64,000 nt of DNA from Lingula anatina (lineage: Eukaryota > Animalia > Brachiopoda), in the NCBI GenBank assembly GCA_051362555.1, contig CM120645.1, forward strand, positions 22,010,001 through 22,074,000, written 5' to 3'. Below are positions 25,401 through 38,300 of the stretch, in pieces. Below the pieces are notes generated by a model. The model did not search any database, was not told the DNA's origin, and saw nothing but the letters and a program-made list of their open reading frames with translations. The translations under genes and the position numbers were made by a program. Position 1 is the stretch's first letter, and every line of letters begins with the position of its first letter.

Positions 25401-28400
25401 TGGATAAGAATACTGTTAGGGGTTATTTATCATCCATAAGCAACAAATTATATTTTTATTACATCTAATTATTCATTAATGCATACTCTTTGTGCCTATT
25501 TAAAGCAATAAAAACTTATTCAAATATATAAAATATATGCGTTTATATTTTTATTGTAATGTATAAGCACAGATCGATCATTCAAAGCTTTATTAACACC
25601 TTTCTGTTTTAGGTGAGGTAGCAATCTAATTTGTAGACACTTAATAAATAGAAACCATTATCATGATTTTTATCATTTGACACGTAGTTCCCTTCAGAGA
25701 AATTGTGATAGGACATTTGGAGAAAGAGGCAACTAGTCTAATGAATTAATTAACCGTAAGTTAGTATAGGGAAAGGGGTCAAACGGCTGGCAAATGGACA
25801 CTGAGGGGAACTACTGATGTCACTAAGTAGCACTCAACAAAACTCAGTTATGTCCACCGTCTCAATCAGGCTCTGCCAAGCTAGTCGCATGTCTCGCCTC
25901 CACGTGGTGGCCCTGGAAATGCTGAAGCTGAGAGGCAGCGGCGAAAGGCGGGTTTCGGGCGCCTGATAACCCGATTTAGTGACTAAGGGAAGGAAATCCC
26001 TGACAAAAAACCCTGGCCCTCCTGGTAGGGGGTTGGGCGTGGGGCCAACAACCCCACCCCAGAAAACCATAACAGTTACGGAAACGGCAACAAAGATATT
26101 CAACACTACTCGATGTGCTGAGCCCCCAGAGTCATTGTCGACTTATATGACTGACAGTGGTCAAATCCACCTGGAAACTACTGCCATGAAGATGGGCGTT
26201 TTGCACACAAAGACTAAAACCAGAATTGGTTTTTGGAATGTGAGAACCATGTATGAAGCTGGAAAACTAGCAGAAATTATAACAGAGATGGAGCGCTACA
26301 AGCTACACATATTGGGCATAAGTGAATGTAGATGGACTGGCTCTGGCAGACAAAAAGCAGCAACAGGAGAGACGGTAATATTTTCAGGACGAGAAGACGG
26401 ACAACACCATGAAGGCGTTGCCATTATCCTACGAAAAGAAGTGACCCACTCCATGCTAGAATGGGAGCCTGTTAACAGCAGAATTATAAGGGTACGATTG
26501 AAAGGGAACCAAGTCAACCTGACAGTGATCCAGTGCTATGCACCCACAAACGACAGAGAAGACGATGTAAAAGATAATTTCTATCTCAGTTTACAAGCCA
26601 CAATAGAGAAAGTACCTCAACATGACATGATCATTGTGATGGGTGATATAAATGCTAAAGTGGGGAGCAAACAATTCGAAGATGACAGAGTTCGGGGAAA
26701 ACATGGATGTGGTGAAATAAATGCAAATGGTGAACGTTTAGTTGATTTTTGCAATGTGAATGATCTAGTCATAGGGGGCACTCTCTTTCCCCACCGCTTT
26801 ATACATAAGTTGACTTGGACATCCCCCAATGGACGTGACAAGAATCAAATTGACCACCTAATGATAAATGGAAAATGGCGAAGATCTTTGTTAGATGTGC
26901 GCGTGAGAAGGGGTGCTGATGTTGGAAGTGACCATCACCTAACTGAAGCTTTTATAAGACTAAAGCTAAAAAAGTCAGGACCACAGCAGAAAGTAAGGAA
27001 ACGATTTGATGTTGAACGGCTAAAGGACACAAAAATCAAGGAACAGTTCACAGTCCACTTAAAGAACAGATTTAAAGTTCTTGAAGATCTTGAAATACAA
27101 GAGACACCACCAGGACAGGTTGACTATCTTTGGAATGAAGTAGCCTCAACATACAAACAATGTACATGCAGTGAGAAATATCTGGGATATAGAACAAGAA
27201 CCAAAAAAGAATGGATGACACCAACCACATGGAGGGCAATAGAATCCAGGCGTAGCACCAAAAAGAAATTACTAGATGCCAAGTCAGAAAGACTTATTGA
27301 AAGATACCAAGAGGAATACCGAGAAGCACACAAGATAGTGAAACGTCTTGTCAGAACAGATAAACGGGTTTTTTTAGATCAACTAGCATTGAGTGCAGAA
27401 GAAGCAGCATCACGAAATGAACAAGGAACAGTTTATAAGATCACCAAAGTTATCTGTGGAAAAATGAGCACAAAGAGCAATGATTCACCAGTTGCAGATA
27501 AAAATGGGACTCTACTTACTAAGGAAGAAGATATATAAAAAAGATGGACAAAACACTTTACTGAAACTCTCAACAGACCACCACCAACAACACAAGCAAA
27601 TATACCAGAAGCAGCAGAAGATTTAGATATTGACATAAACACACCTACCAAGACTGAAATTATTAAATCAATAAAGTCAATGAAGAACAGAAAGGCACCA
27701 GGAAATGACAACTTGAATGCTGAACTATTCAAAGCATCACCAGAGATAGCAGCAGCGTTTTTGGAACCCCTGTACACTGCAATATGGAAGGAAGAAATAA
27801 TTCCAAATAGCTGGAATAAAGGAATCATTGTCAAAATACCAAAGAAAGGGTCACTCAGGGACTGCAATAACTGGACAGGTATAACGCTTCTGTCCATACC
27901 AAGCAAAATACTTTGCAAAATAATAGCCAATAAATTATCAGATGCAGTAGACAAAGAGCTCAGAAAAGAACAAGCTGGTTTTAGAAAGGGTGTGGGGTGC
28001 ACAGATCAGATATTTGCTCTACGTAACATCATAGAGCAGTGCACAGAATGGCAACGACAGCTCTTTATTAACTTTATTGATTTTGAAAAAGCTTTTGACA
28101 GTATACATAGAGATAGTCTCTGGAAGATCCTTAGAAATTACGGAGAACCACCAAAGATTGTTAGGATGATAAGATGCTTTTATAGTCACTTCTGCTGTTG
28201 TGTTGGCGAGACTAATATGAGTTTTAAAGTCCAAACGGGCGTGCGTCAGGGCTGTGTGCTGTCATCCATCTTGTTTAATTTAGCAATTGACTGGGTAATG
28301 AGGCGCACCACAGAAGATACATCAAGAGGAATAAGATGGACTTTATACTCGACTCTAGAAGACCTCGATTTTGCAGACGATCTTGCATTACTGTCCCACA

Positions 28401-31400
28401 CACATCAGCATATACAAGAGAAGACTGACATACTTAACATCTTCAGTCAGCAAATTGGGCTTAGGATAAGCAAAAAGAAGACTGAAGTGATGGCATTAAA
28501 TATACAATCACCACCACCAGTTGAAGTGGAAGGCTGCATCCTTAATAACACCAGCTAACATACCTAGTAAGCATTGTAGCCACAGATGGAGGAACCAGTA
28601 GAGATGTCAACAACAGACACCCTGAGCTTCAGAGCTGACTTGACACTAACCTTTTCACTGTAGCCTATATTCGGAGTTTGGTTTTTATACTATATTGAGA
28701 GCATTTCCAGATTTTGTTTAAGCTCTTAAAGGCATTTCTGGCTTTGGTTAGTCTGTTGTCACCCTGAGCTTCAGAGCTGACTTGACACTAACCTTTTCAC
28801 TGTAGCCTATCTCCATCGTGTCAAGTCAGCTCTGAAGCTCAGGGTGACAACAGACTAACCAAAGCCAGAAATGCCTTTAAGAGCTTAAACAAAATCTGGA
28901 AATGCTCTCAATATAGTATAAAAACCAAACTCCGAATATTTGAGGGCTGTATACTATCAACTCTTCTCTATGGTTCGGAATGCTGGCGCATAACTGAAGA
29001 AGATATAAAAAAAGTTGTCTACTTTTCACACTTCAAGCCTCAGAAAAATATTAAAAACATTTTGGCCAAGAACTATATCTAATGATGATCTGCTAAAGCA
29101 AACAAACCAGAGAAGTATAAGTGAAATCATCAGGACAAGAAGATGGAAATGGATTGGCCATGTTCTGAGGAAAGACCCAAATTCCACCACTAAAGTAGCC
29201 ATGTACTGGACACCAGAGGGGCATAGAAAAAGGGGCAGACCCAAGACCACATGGAGGAGGACAGTTGAAGCAGAATTGAAACAACTGGGTGAAAGTTGGG
29301 GGACAATTCAACACCTAGCGAGAGACAGAGAGGAGTGGAGGACCTTTGTTGACGCCCTAGACGCCCAACGGCGTAACAGGAGATAGTAGTAGTATGGGGA
29401 AAATTTCCGTTTACCTCAGGGAAATCCATTTTTTTTTTGCCAAAATGAGCAGTTGTTACCCATTGAAACTAAGTTTTGTCCTGCATGGCCCGTATAAGGA
29501 CGTGCGTGTTTCTTTAATGACAAATATTTCCACCTCGTAGAGGCGCAGTGTTTAGTTTGGAAAGCTGCATTCCATCTTTACCTGTGATATCCACGGTATC
29601 ACTGCTCACACTGGCACTCAGTATAATGGGCGCGGCGTCTGAAGAGGGTCTTGAAGAGATCTGCACCTGGACTGTGGCGTCGACGGAATCCAGGTTGGTG
29701 ACAGTATAGAGCCATTTTCCTACCTGTTTAAGAAAGTTCATTTTGGCAAAAAAACACCTCTCTTATAGAAGTACATGTAGTTTATGGAAATGTTTCGTTA
29801 TCAGATGACAAAGTATTACAAACTACATGAACAGTTGACCTCGTTTACTTCCCATCCCTTGGGATAGGCCTCGTTATATGGGATGTAAAATTCCACAATA
29901 AATACATTGTAAATAACACATACATAAACCTTTATAGATGGCTTCCCTTCGTAACGATATTTTTAACATCATGGACTTACTTCGAACGTAGGAACGGATT
30001 CAATAACCATTTGAAAGTATGGGGAAATTCGCGTTTACTCCTTTTTATGGTACTTTCCCCCAAAAATAAAGACTTGTCTTCCCTTAAATTTAAAATCATT
30101 CCATTTTCACAAGTCACCGTCTCTGGCAATTTATTTGTTATTTATTTATTTATTTATTTTTGTTTGTGTGACAATTGAGAATAAACAGCAATACGCATAA
30201 TTTTCTTCAAACTGAAACATTTCATTACTGTAGTATGTAGCCCTACCTGTGTAGTGCCGTTAATGTCAATACTCAGTACTCCAGAATCACTGTCCTGCGT
30301 TATGGTCACATTATCAGGTGCTTTCAATGTCACAGTGATCGAACCAGTCCTCCATGTGAATAAAAACCGTGTGTTGTTTCCAATAGTACTGTCAATATAT
30401 ATGAAACCTTCGATAGAGCTACCTCCTCCGGAAACTGTATAGGATTCTGATAATATCTGTAATTGAAATATATATTTTCAGATGAAGTACCATGCAAAGG
30501 CAATAAGGCAATTTGGGAGCATATTAAGAGGCGTAACACCCATAAAAGAGTGGTCTGAGACTTGTGAGAATTCACCTCTACGTTGCAGTCATTTATTTTA
30601 ATAACATAATAAAACTTAAGATATTTCCAGTATATTGATAAAAGATTTCGTTAGTTTGCTAGCTCTTAGCGCCTAGGGCAGCCGCGCTGTATCCTCCCCA
30701 GGAAGGCCAGACCTTCGGTCATCACCCAGTCTGTATTTTGCCTAGGCATCAATTTTATTCTTTCTTTTATTTACAACTTCAACCCTGTAATGAAACTTTT
30801 CATATACATATGGCGTATGTCCTAAACTTATATAATTTTGTACGCTAACTTCAAGCGTGAGCTCGAAATAGTGGATAACTTAGTGGATAACGCAATCCAA
30901 AGAAAAATGGAAGGGAAAAATGGAAGGAATATGTCGTGTCCGACATAGAAGTCATATGTGTGCAATAGCTTTCTAGTAATGTGGCGGCCTATTTGTATAA
31001 CGCCATAGTAAAGAAACTAGCTATACAATTAAAAGTAATTAGGGTTGACGTACATCGCGCAATAGTGCAGTGTAAGATAACAAATGAGTATTTAAGCGAT
31101 GAGAATTGAACAGGAGAGGGAGGCACGTAGAGGAGAGATGTAAAAGGAAGCAGCGAGAAGGAGGTTTGGAGCGACGGGGTACGGAGCAGACGAGTTATGA
31201 GTTGGAGACTTGACTTAGAACATGTAGCTACCGAGCGTCAACGAATAAATCGTTTAACTGGTCATTATGTGGACTTGGGTTTTCTTTGCGCGACCTTACG
31301 TAAATCTGACACGAACCGTGGAATCTTTGGATTGCGTTATTCACTAAGTTAGACGAAAACGTACTGTCCTATTTCGAGCCCACGCTTGAATTAAGCGTAC

Positions 31401-34400
31401 TAAAATTATATCAGTTTAGGAGATTCATCCCATATGTATATGTAAAAAGTTCATTACAACCCAATGGGTTGCAATTCGTAATTTAGTAATTATTGTTTGT
31501 TTATTATTATTTACAACACATGCTCTACAAGACCAACGATTTACCTGGACTAAAACATCTTTCTGGTCGCTGTTTCTCTGCGTAATGGTCTTAGACAAGG
31601 AGTCCGTCAAAGAAGTCGATAGAGAAGTTCCTGATTCAAAGAACGATAGGCCTCCAGTGTCTTTGGCTAACGATATCAGTTGATCATCAGCTGCGGCCGT
31701 AAAAAGTAAGGTATCTACTAAGACATCTTTCCGTATCAGGACTGGTTTAACATTCGCAATGTATGGATAAGCATTTTCCTGTCCATCACTTACAACGACC
31801 AAAATGCCGCCAGCTGCTGCCATGTTGTTGTTTTCTAACACCTGGTTGAATATAAATCAGCATTAATCAATTGATAGGACCGAGCAGGAAAAATTAAATA
31901 CTCAGGTATATACATGTACGGGTATATCAGCACACAATTAAGATATCAGAACAGATGTCTTATTCTCAACTACTGTAAATGAGAAATTCAAAAAGGTTAT
32001 AACAGCAAACCTGAGCACAAAGCTTCACTGGTACAAGTAAACGAGTATAGACACTATCGTACGGAATAAAAGTGATTATAACTTTGACAATATTACAGCG
32101 ACTTTATAAGGTATGATGTGTCTGCTAATATGCATTGGTTGTAATTCATAAATCTGATCAATACTTGACATAACCCTATATACACATGTATAGACATCCT
32201 TATTACAGGAGACTATGGTTTCGACTTACTTGTATTCCTTCTTGGAGACCGCAACCAATGCATGTCGATCCCCCGGCGGCTAGTCCATTAACAATAGAAA
32301 CCATGCGTTCTCTCACTGCATTGGAACTCAGCGTTTCTAGGTGTTGTATTATGGCAGCCGTGCCGCTAAATTTAACTATGCCGACTCGGCTATCTTCGTC
32401 AACAGTGTTGAGTAGAAACTCTGCACACGCCTTTTTCAGGTTCTCTAATCTGCTCTGAAATATTGAATGAAATCAGGTTTATGCTAACAGCTGCAAGAGT
32501 TAAATCTTTCTTCAGACAATTTTTCATTACTTATTTCTCTATCTTTTTATGTACTTTTTTATTTACTTATTTATTATTAATTTTTGCTGTATCCGTCCTA
32601 TCGAGGTCACTGTATTTTGAGTGTTGAACACTTTAGCGAATCTGACGTCACACCTAAAACCCCTCTTTGACGGCTTTCGTGGTCGCCATTGGAAAACTGA
32701 GAGGATTGTCAGTACATCACTAGCATTTAACTTGATTGAGAGTTGATAAATAAATTTAACTTAACGGATTCATTCGGGTAAAATTAATGAACGCATTCTT
32801 TGTGCCTGGGTTAGTGTTTGTGTGTGTGTGCCATATTGACCTTTCAAAAAATTTAATAAAAAAATACATAGCCCAAAGGATTTAGGACACTTACACCCCC
32901 CATACTTCCGGATACGTCAAGAACCAGTACATATCTCTTGGGCTGCTGTTGAACTACTCTGAAGGTGGGAGTTGTATCTATATCACCTTGTACGGGAGGG
33001 TTATTATCTAAATTAATGAAATATAAATACCACTATATTAATATTCTGCTTGATGAGTAAAGCATTATTTTTCAGGTAAGGATGATATTAATTATGTTTG
33101 AAATGTTATTTACAGTTACCGGGCGAACTTACAGTATTAGTATACCTGTGACTTCTTTTCTTAAGCAAATCTACTTTATCTTTTCTTTATAGAAAATGAA
33201 TAATATTCAACTAATATTCATTCCAACCACACAATAATAAATGATATTCTAGTGGATTGTCATTATTACGACTGCTTTTTTCGAATTATGAAACATGAAC
33301 CTTACTATTCCTAAAATCTTCGTGCTCTCTCATAACTTCCCATGCACTTCTTTCACCACACAGTCTATTCTGCCTGTTAGGAGCCTGGTCGTTATGTAGG
33401 TCAAATGTATCTGTCTTATTATTGTCACAAAACCCGATAACCTGCAGTGATAATTGTGTATCTCAATATCTTTACAACACTAGATGGGTATAGATGCATC
33501 ACTAAAATAGTAGATAGTACTACAGATGTATCATCTTTTGAAAATATCACTTATTATGACGTCTTAAAGGTTTTATAACTAAAAGGTCATTTTTATTTGA
33601 TCAAAGTTAATGAAGATGTAACATGTCTCCCCTGTACCGATTATTTCATTCGAAATACAATACAATAACGTATTTTATCAGTCGCACATGCGTTTGATTC
33701 AATGGGAATAGAAGTGTCAAAAAAGAAAAAATAAGTTTTAGATACATTATTATTTTTTTGTGTAGATTAGAAACCTTTAAATCTTAAGCATGTTATACTT
33801 TTTGACCATTTTGAGTTGCATGATGCCCCTGCTAAAAATGAGACTCATTTAACGCTCACTTACAGTTATCAATCTGTCCTAGAACATGTTTTGCTATTTT
33901 AATGAAAAATGATCCAAATCTGTCCTAGGACAGTCTGAAAACGGTTCTTAAATTGTTAAGTACATTGCAAAACAACAGTAGAACTGTAAAAAACACGCCA
34001 AATGTTCTGGAATAGACTGAGGAACGTTAAATGAGACAAATATTCGCAGGGGAGGGTCAAAGAAAAATTGGTGTAAAAGCAGGATCGTCCTGCACTTACA
34101 GATGTCACGTAATGGTGTGACATGATAGAGGTGGTTCCTTCGTTGTTGTATACATCAGGGGCAAACCTGCAAGCACCTTCTGGGAGGTTGGTCTCTTCAT
34201 CTGGGTTGCAATTCCAAACAAAACTGTCCTTAACTGTCTTATATTCCTTGCCCGTCACTCCCCGGGAACAGCGTACGCCTTCTATTCTCTCAGATATAGA
34301 ATCGTGGTAAAAGTGAGGATCATTTTCGTCCACCGGGTACTCGTCAAACAAACCCCAGCGCAAATGTCCCCACTCATGGAGGACAGTCTTCGCTGAATAT

Positions 34401-36576
34401 GAGAGAAAGCGTTCAAGATACAGCGACCATATATACTTTTGTCTATGTTAAATATCTGCCAGACTCCCCCCCCCCTCCCCCCGTCAGATCTCTTATGGCA
34501 ATATCGAATTTTTTTCATAAACTATAGTATTATAAGAATTCGCACAGATTTCAGTTCTGTCATATTTATGTATTTTTTCCTAGATAATAAAATTGTGATA
34601 TGTCTCAAGATTCGGAGTAGATTTCGCACACGTTTAGGCCTGTTTTTATATTTTACACTAGTTATAAATGGTATTACCAGGAGGAGTGCCATATGTTGCG
34701 GCCACGATGTCGTCTAGTACGAATTTGTGAGTCAAGTGCATAAACGTCCCCGGCTGTCCACATTCTCCCTTCTGTTTGACGTATGGGTTGTCACCTTGTA
34801 CACCATTAGGCTTGTCTATGATCACGTTGGCCTTTTCAAAGGCTTCGATTCCTGCCTGTAGGTACGTGGAGTTTTTCGTCCATGTTTTAGGAACGAGAAT
34901 CGTGATATCCCGGAGATAGGCTCGACGTTTTGTAGCAGCAAATAGTAACTGTGACATTCCCACAAAATATTCCTATAGAATTAACAAAATAACTTTACTT
35001 GCAAATACAAATTAAATAGTTTCAGTGTCATGTATTGTCTTTTTCAAATTAACCATGTCGCTGCATCTTGGGTTTTTAGGTGATTTCTTTATATCATTCG
35101 ATCCTGTCACATTTTTTCTTGACTTTCATCTAGTCAGACAGTGAAAGAAACGATAGGCTGGTATTATTGCATTTTACTGAACTGGAAGCTTTTTTATCTT
35201 TATTATTTTATGCCATGAATTGGGAACGATAATCGTGGTATTTCTGATACTAAGTACTGCATGGTGCATTTTGTCACGGGGGAGCGCAGGTGTGAGGTAC
35301 ATGTACATTGTGTAATATGAAATATAATATGAGTTAAGATAGCATGCAAAAGGCGCTGGAGTTTTTAGCAGTTCCAAGTGAATATTTTATTGCAGATATG
35401 TAGTATAGAAGGAAAACAAATTATAAAGACTTCGTCAACTGTATTGTTGCACTATAAACAAACCGCAGTGTACGCGGCCAGGCATTTAAAAATATCTTTT
35501 GACAAGGAGCCCAAGGTTAAAGCTTTCTTTTCTAAACTATGAATGACTTCACACAATAGTACCTTGAACAAATAAACCCTCAGCCTAACTGATAAAACTT
35601 TAATATGCTTACAGAATCATTTTACCAAGATTACAACGGGGGTTTTAAATCAAAACGAAGAAATCAGTTGTTGTGAAAGCGACCGCAAACAATACCGGCA
35701 CCTGATCTCCAATTTTCCATTGGGGTCAATTTAATAAATGTACGCTTTGTGACAGACCAGGGAGTGTAATGGGGTAAACATTGGGTAACTACGGACAGCC
35801 ATATGATGGCTGAAAAGCCCATGTAATATAAATACACTGAATTCTAATCCCGCTGCCCTTTTTTTTCCAAAGCTACATATACCTGTACTGTTATTACCTC
35901 CGCCAAGGAGGTTTTGTTTTCACTACTGTTTGTTTGTCTTTCTGTTTTATTCTGTCATCAAAAAGTTAGGGGCCGATTTTGATGACATTTTCACTTGGCA
36001 AAATAAAGCATGGATGAAGAGTATGGTGATAGCCAAGAAAAAAAAAATATAGCATATGGAATATTATTTCTCAGCCCACTTCTGACAGTTCCTGATGTTG
36101 ATGACAGACAGACAGGCAGACAGAAAGACAGACAGACAAACAAACAAACAGGGGTGTAAACATAACCTCCTTGGCGGAGGAAATAAGCGTCAACACGGAA
36201 GTACAGCCGCACGCCATCATGTCCTCACATTGACCTTGTCTTCCTTTTTCAATGATATTCTAAAAGAGTTTAAGGCATAAAAATTGATTTTCCTAATCCA
36301 AGTAAACTGAGTTTCATGACTAATAATGAACCTCTATATGACCGTAATACATAAAAAACCTTCAACTTTTACAAAATCACAACAGTCATATATACTTACT
36401 TTGATTCTTGGAATAAGTTTAGGATTTTCAGGAACTTCTGGCCCAATTGCAATGAGAAGTCCTTCGTAACCGTTGTTGATCAGAGTAACATTGGTGCGCA
36501 GCCTTTGGCCCCTTGCTAATGCCATGAAAGTCAGTAACAGGACCAAATGCGTTATATGACACCGAGGGGCTTCCAT
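22431..36576 (-). CDS. CLCA: CLCA-family protein, copy 2 (13 exons, ~1331 aa; ~328-aa cytoplasmic tail)
   Basis: Exons (minus): 36576-36400, 34972-34678, 34392-34100, 33441-33306, 33007-32895, 32454-32230, 31841-31545, 30456-30247, 29723-29582, 25279-25142, 24893-24735, 24337-24104, 24007-22431. Total 3996 nt, in frame. HEWGH and DVSGS intact. Confidence 0.93.
25979..29386 (+). pseudogene. Disrupted APE-RT polyprotein of the RTE element
   Basis: In-frame stop at 27536-27538, stop/indel near 28556-28570, MITE rearrangement at 28618-28846. ORF pieces 25979-27538, 27680-28558 and 29015-29386. Confidence 0.88.
28618..28846. mobile_element. ~87-bp MITE (29-bp TIR, 8-bp TSD, hAT-like) with associated duplication-inversion
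   Basis: TIR CACCCTGAGCTTCAGAGCTGACTTGACAC / GTGTCAAGTCAGCTCTGAAGCTCAGGGTG. TSD ACAACAGA at 28610-28617 and 28847-28854. Complete copy at 28760-28846, partial copy at 28618-28668. Confidence 0.85.
30786..31458. mobile_element. Ginger-like non-autonomous DNA transposon in intron 7 of copy 2
   Basis: TGT...ACA termini, ~120-bp imperfect TIRs and a 4-bp TSD ACCC. The empty site CTTCAACCCAATAGGTTGC is visible in copy 1 at ~14975-14993. Confidence 0.75.
35893..36183. mobile_element. Helentron/HINE-like repeat (two inverted ends)
   Basis: TTACCTCCGCCAAGGAGG hairpin end in both orientations and (GACA)n/(AAAC)n tracts. Same family as 59473-59985. Confidence 0.55.
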
Positions 36577-38300
36577 CACTTCCACTCATCTGAAAAGTCT
36601 TCTTTTTGCGAATGGCGACAGTGAAACGCGCCACTTCATGGCAAGGCACGTCGTGTTCAACTTGGAGTCCCACGCGTGTATAAGAGAGCTTGCATGAAAA
36701 GCACTCCAAATACCTTTATTACTGCATCAGTAAACATAAAGTACAAAGCCAAATAAAACAACAATGGGCACGTTAACCCTAAAAAATGCAGTCAACAGAG
36801 ATTGTGTTTCTTGAAATCGCGTATAATTTCAATGCAGTGCTATTACGTATTATTCTGACAAAGCCAAGTCATTCAAAACTAGTTATATGAAAAAATTCGA
36901 AATATTTGCTGTGCAGCAATGGTCCATGTCCTTTATGCGAGCTCAGGTACAAAACACAATAGCTGCAGGATAACGAAAGTGAGAAATTAACTTATCTATC
37001 TTCCTGTTGACTAACTTTACATTTTGCACAAAAGCACCGTGGTGAATAAGCAATACACGCTCTAAACTGAATTATTTACTATCACCCTCACACATGCACA
37101 ATTAAACAACCACATGTAACAATTCCATACTATAACAGCGTAGTATAAAGACAAACTGGTTATATACCTGTATAGACATACAAATAACACCAATATTAAA
37201 ATATACACAGAGTTTTAGTGACATTTAAACAAAACATTGAGGGTTTTTATGCACTAACTGTATGTATGTATACAAAGACATGTATACTGCAGTGCTTCAT
37301 AGATCTTAATGAAATTTTATAATCACATTATTACTCATGATCATAAAAAATATTCTTGTCTATAACCCGTAATGCTACTTTTATAAAGAGACACATGTTG
37401 TAAGCTGTGTGTTGTTATAGTGCATAATGATCCTTGACGGGGAACATTTCCGTAGCATAAATGTACACGTCCCTTCAAGATGTATCTGAATTTTAACACA
37501 AAGTTAATCATTTCTGATAAAATCTAATACAAAATGAACACCTGTCGCCCCGTTAAAAGACAATTAGCAAGAAAGTTCCAATCATGATTGTTCTAGATAT
37601 TTAAAGAAGAAACTGTATTGATAATCAAACTGTTATAATCAGGGATGTTGTTGATGAAGTATAAATTCTATTTCAGCTTACAATGGACACACTTGGTAAT
37701 AGTCTATATATAATAACGTGTGGCACGCGCTTCCAACGTCTATCTTAAATACGTATCACCACTATAGGCGCATTCAAGCCAAAGGTTACAGATCACGTCC
37801 ATCGTCATAAAGAAAAAAATAAATTATCCACTTGCCGACCAGCTGTAATTCAGGTTGGTGTGAGCCAGCGTAGAAAAAAGTGTAATAGTTTAATGAATGG
37901 ATTTCATCACCAGAGTCTACTAATGGGAGAAATATCACTGGAAGCCGCTGACTGGATTACTATCAACACTAGGAGGATAAATATAACTTCTTAACGCTAC
38001 TTACTGGATAGTTATGATAAAAATTAAACATATTAGATTAATATATATTGTTACAAGAGGTAGTTTAGGGACGCCTGGCTTACTTATTCCACCTGAACAT
38101 AGACCTGTTTTAGTCCAGTTGGTCAGACACCCGTGTCTCTAAATCCGTCGTTATCTCTCCAATTTCGTTGTTTTTCCCTGTAAAATATGACATCAATAGA
38201 TACAAAATGTTATTTACCAAATATCATCAATTTTTGTGATCAGTATGTTCCTTGAAATTGAATAATTATATAATCAGGTACACATTTTTTGATATATATA

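Larger units (their letters stand above)
25775..29389 (+). mobile_element. RTE-clade non-LTR retrotransposon, near full length, inactivated; lies in intron 9 of CLCA copy 2, antisense to the gene
   Basis: Single ORF with an APE endonuclease (FWNVRT, ISECRW, QCYAPT, GDINAKVG, QIDH, SDH) and an RT (QAGFR, DFEKAFDS, GVRQGC, FADD) and an RTE-type C-terminus (RWKWIGHVLR, KRGRPKTTWRR). (TAG)n tail. 13-bp TSD TAGTAT(A/G)GGGAAA at 25762-25774 / 29390-29402. Confidence 0.93.

Noticed and set aside
27433-28002. 189-aa minus-strand ORF
   Set aside because: Antisense shadow of the RTE reverse transcriptase.
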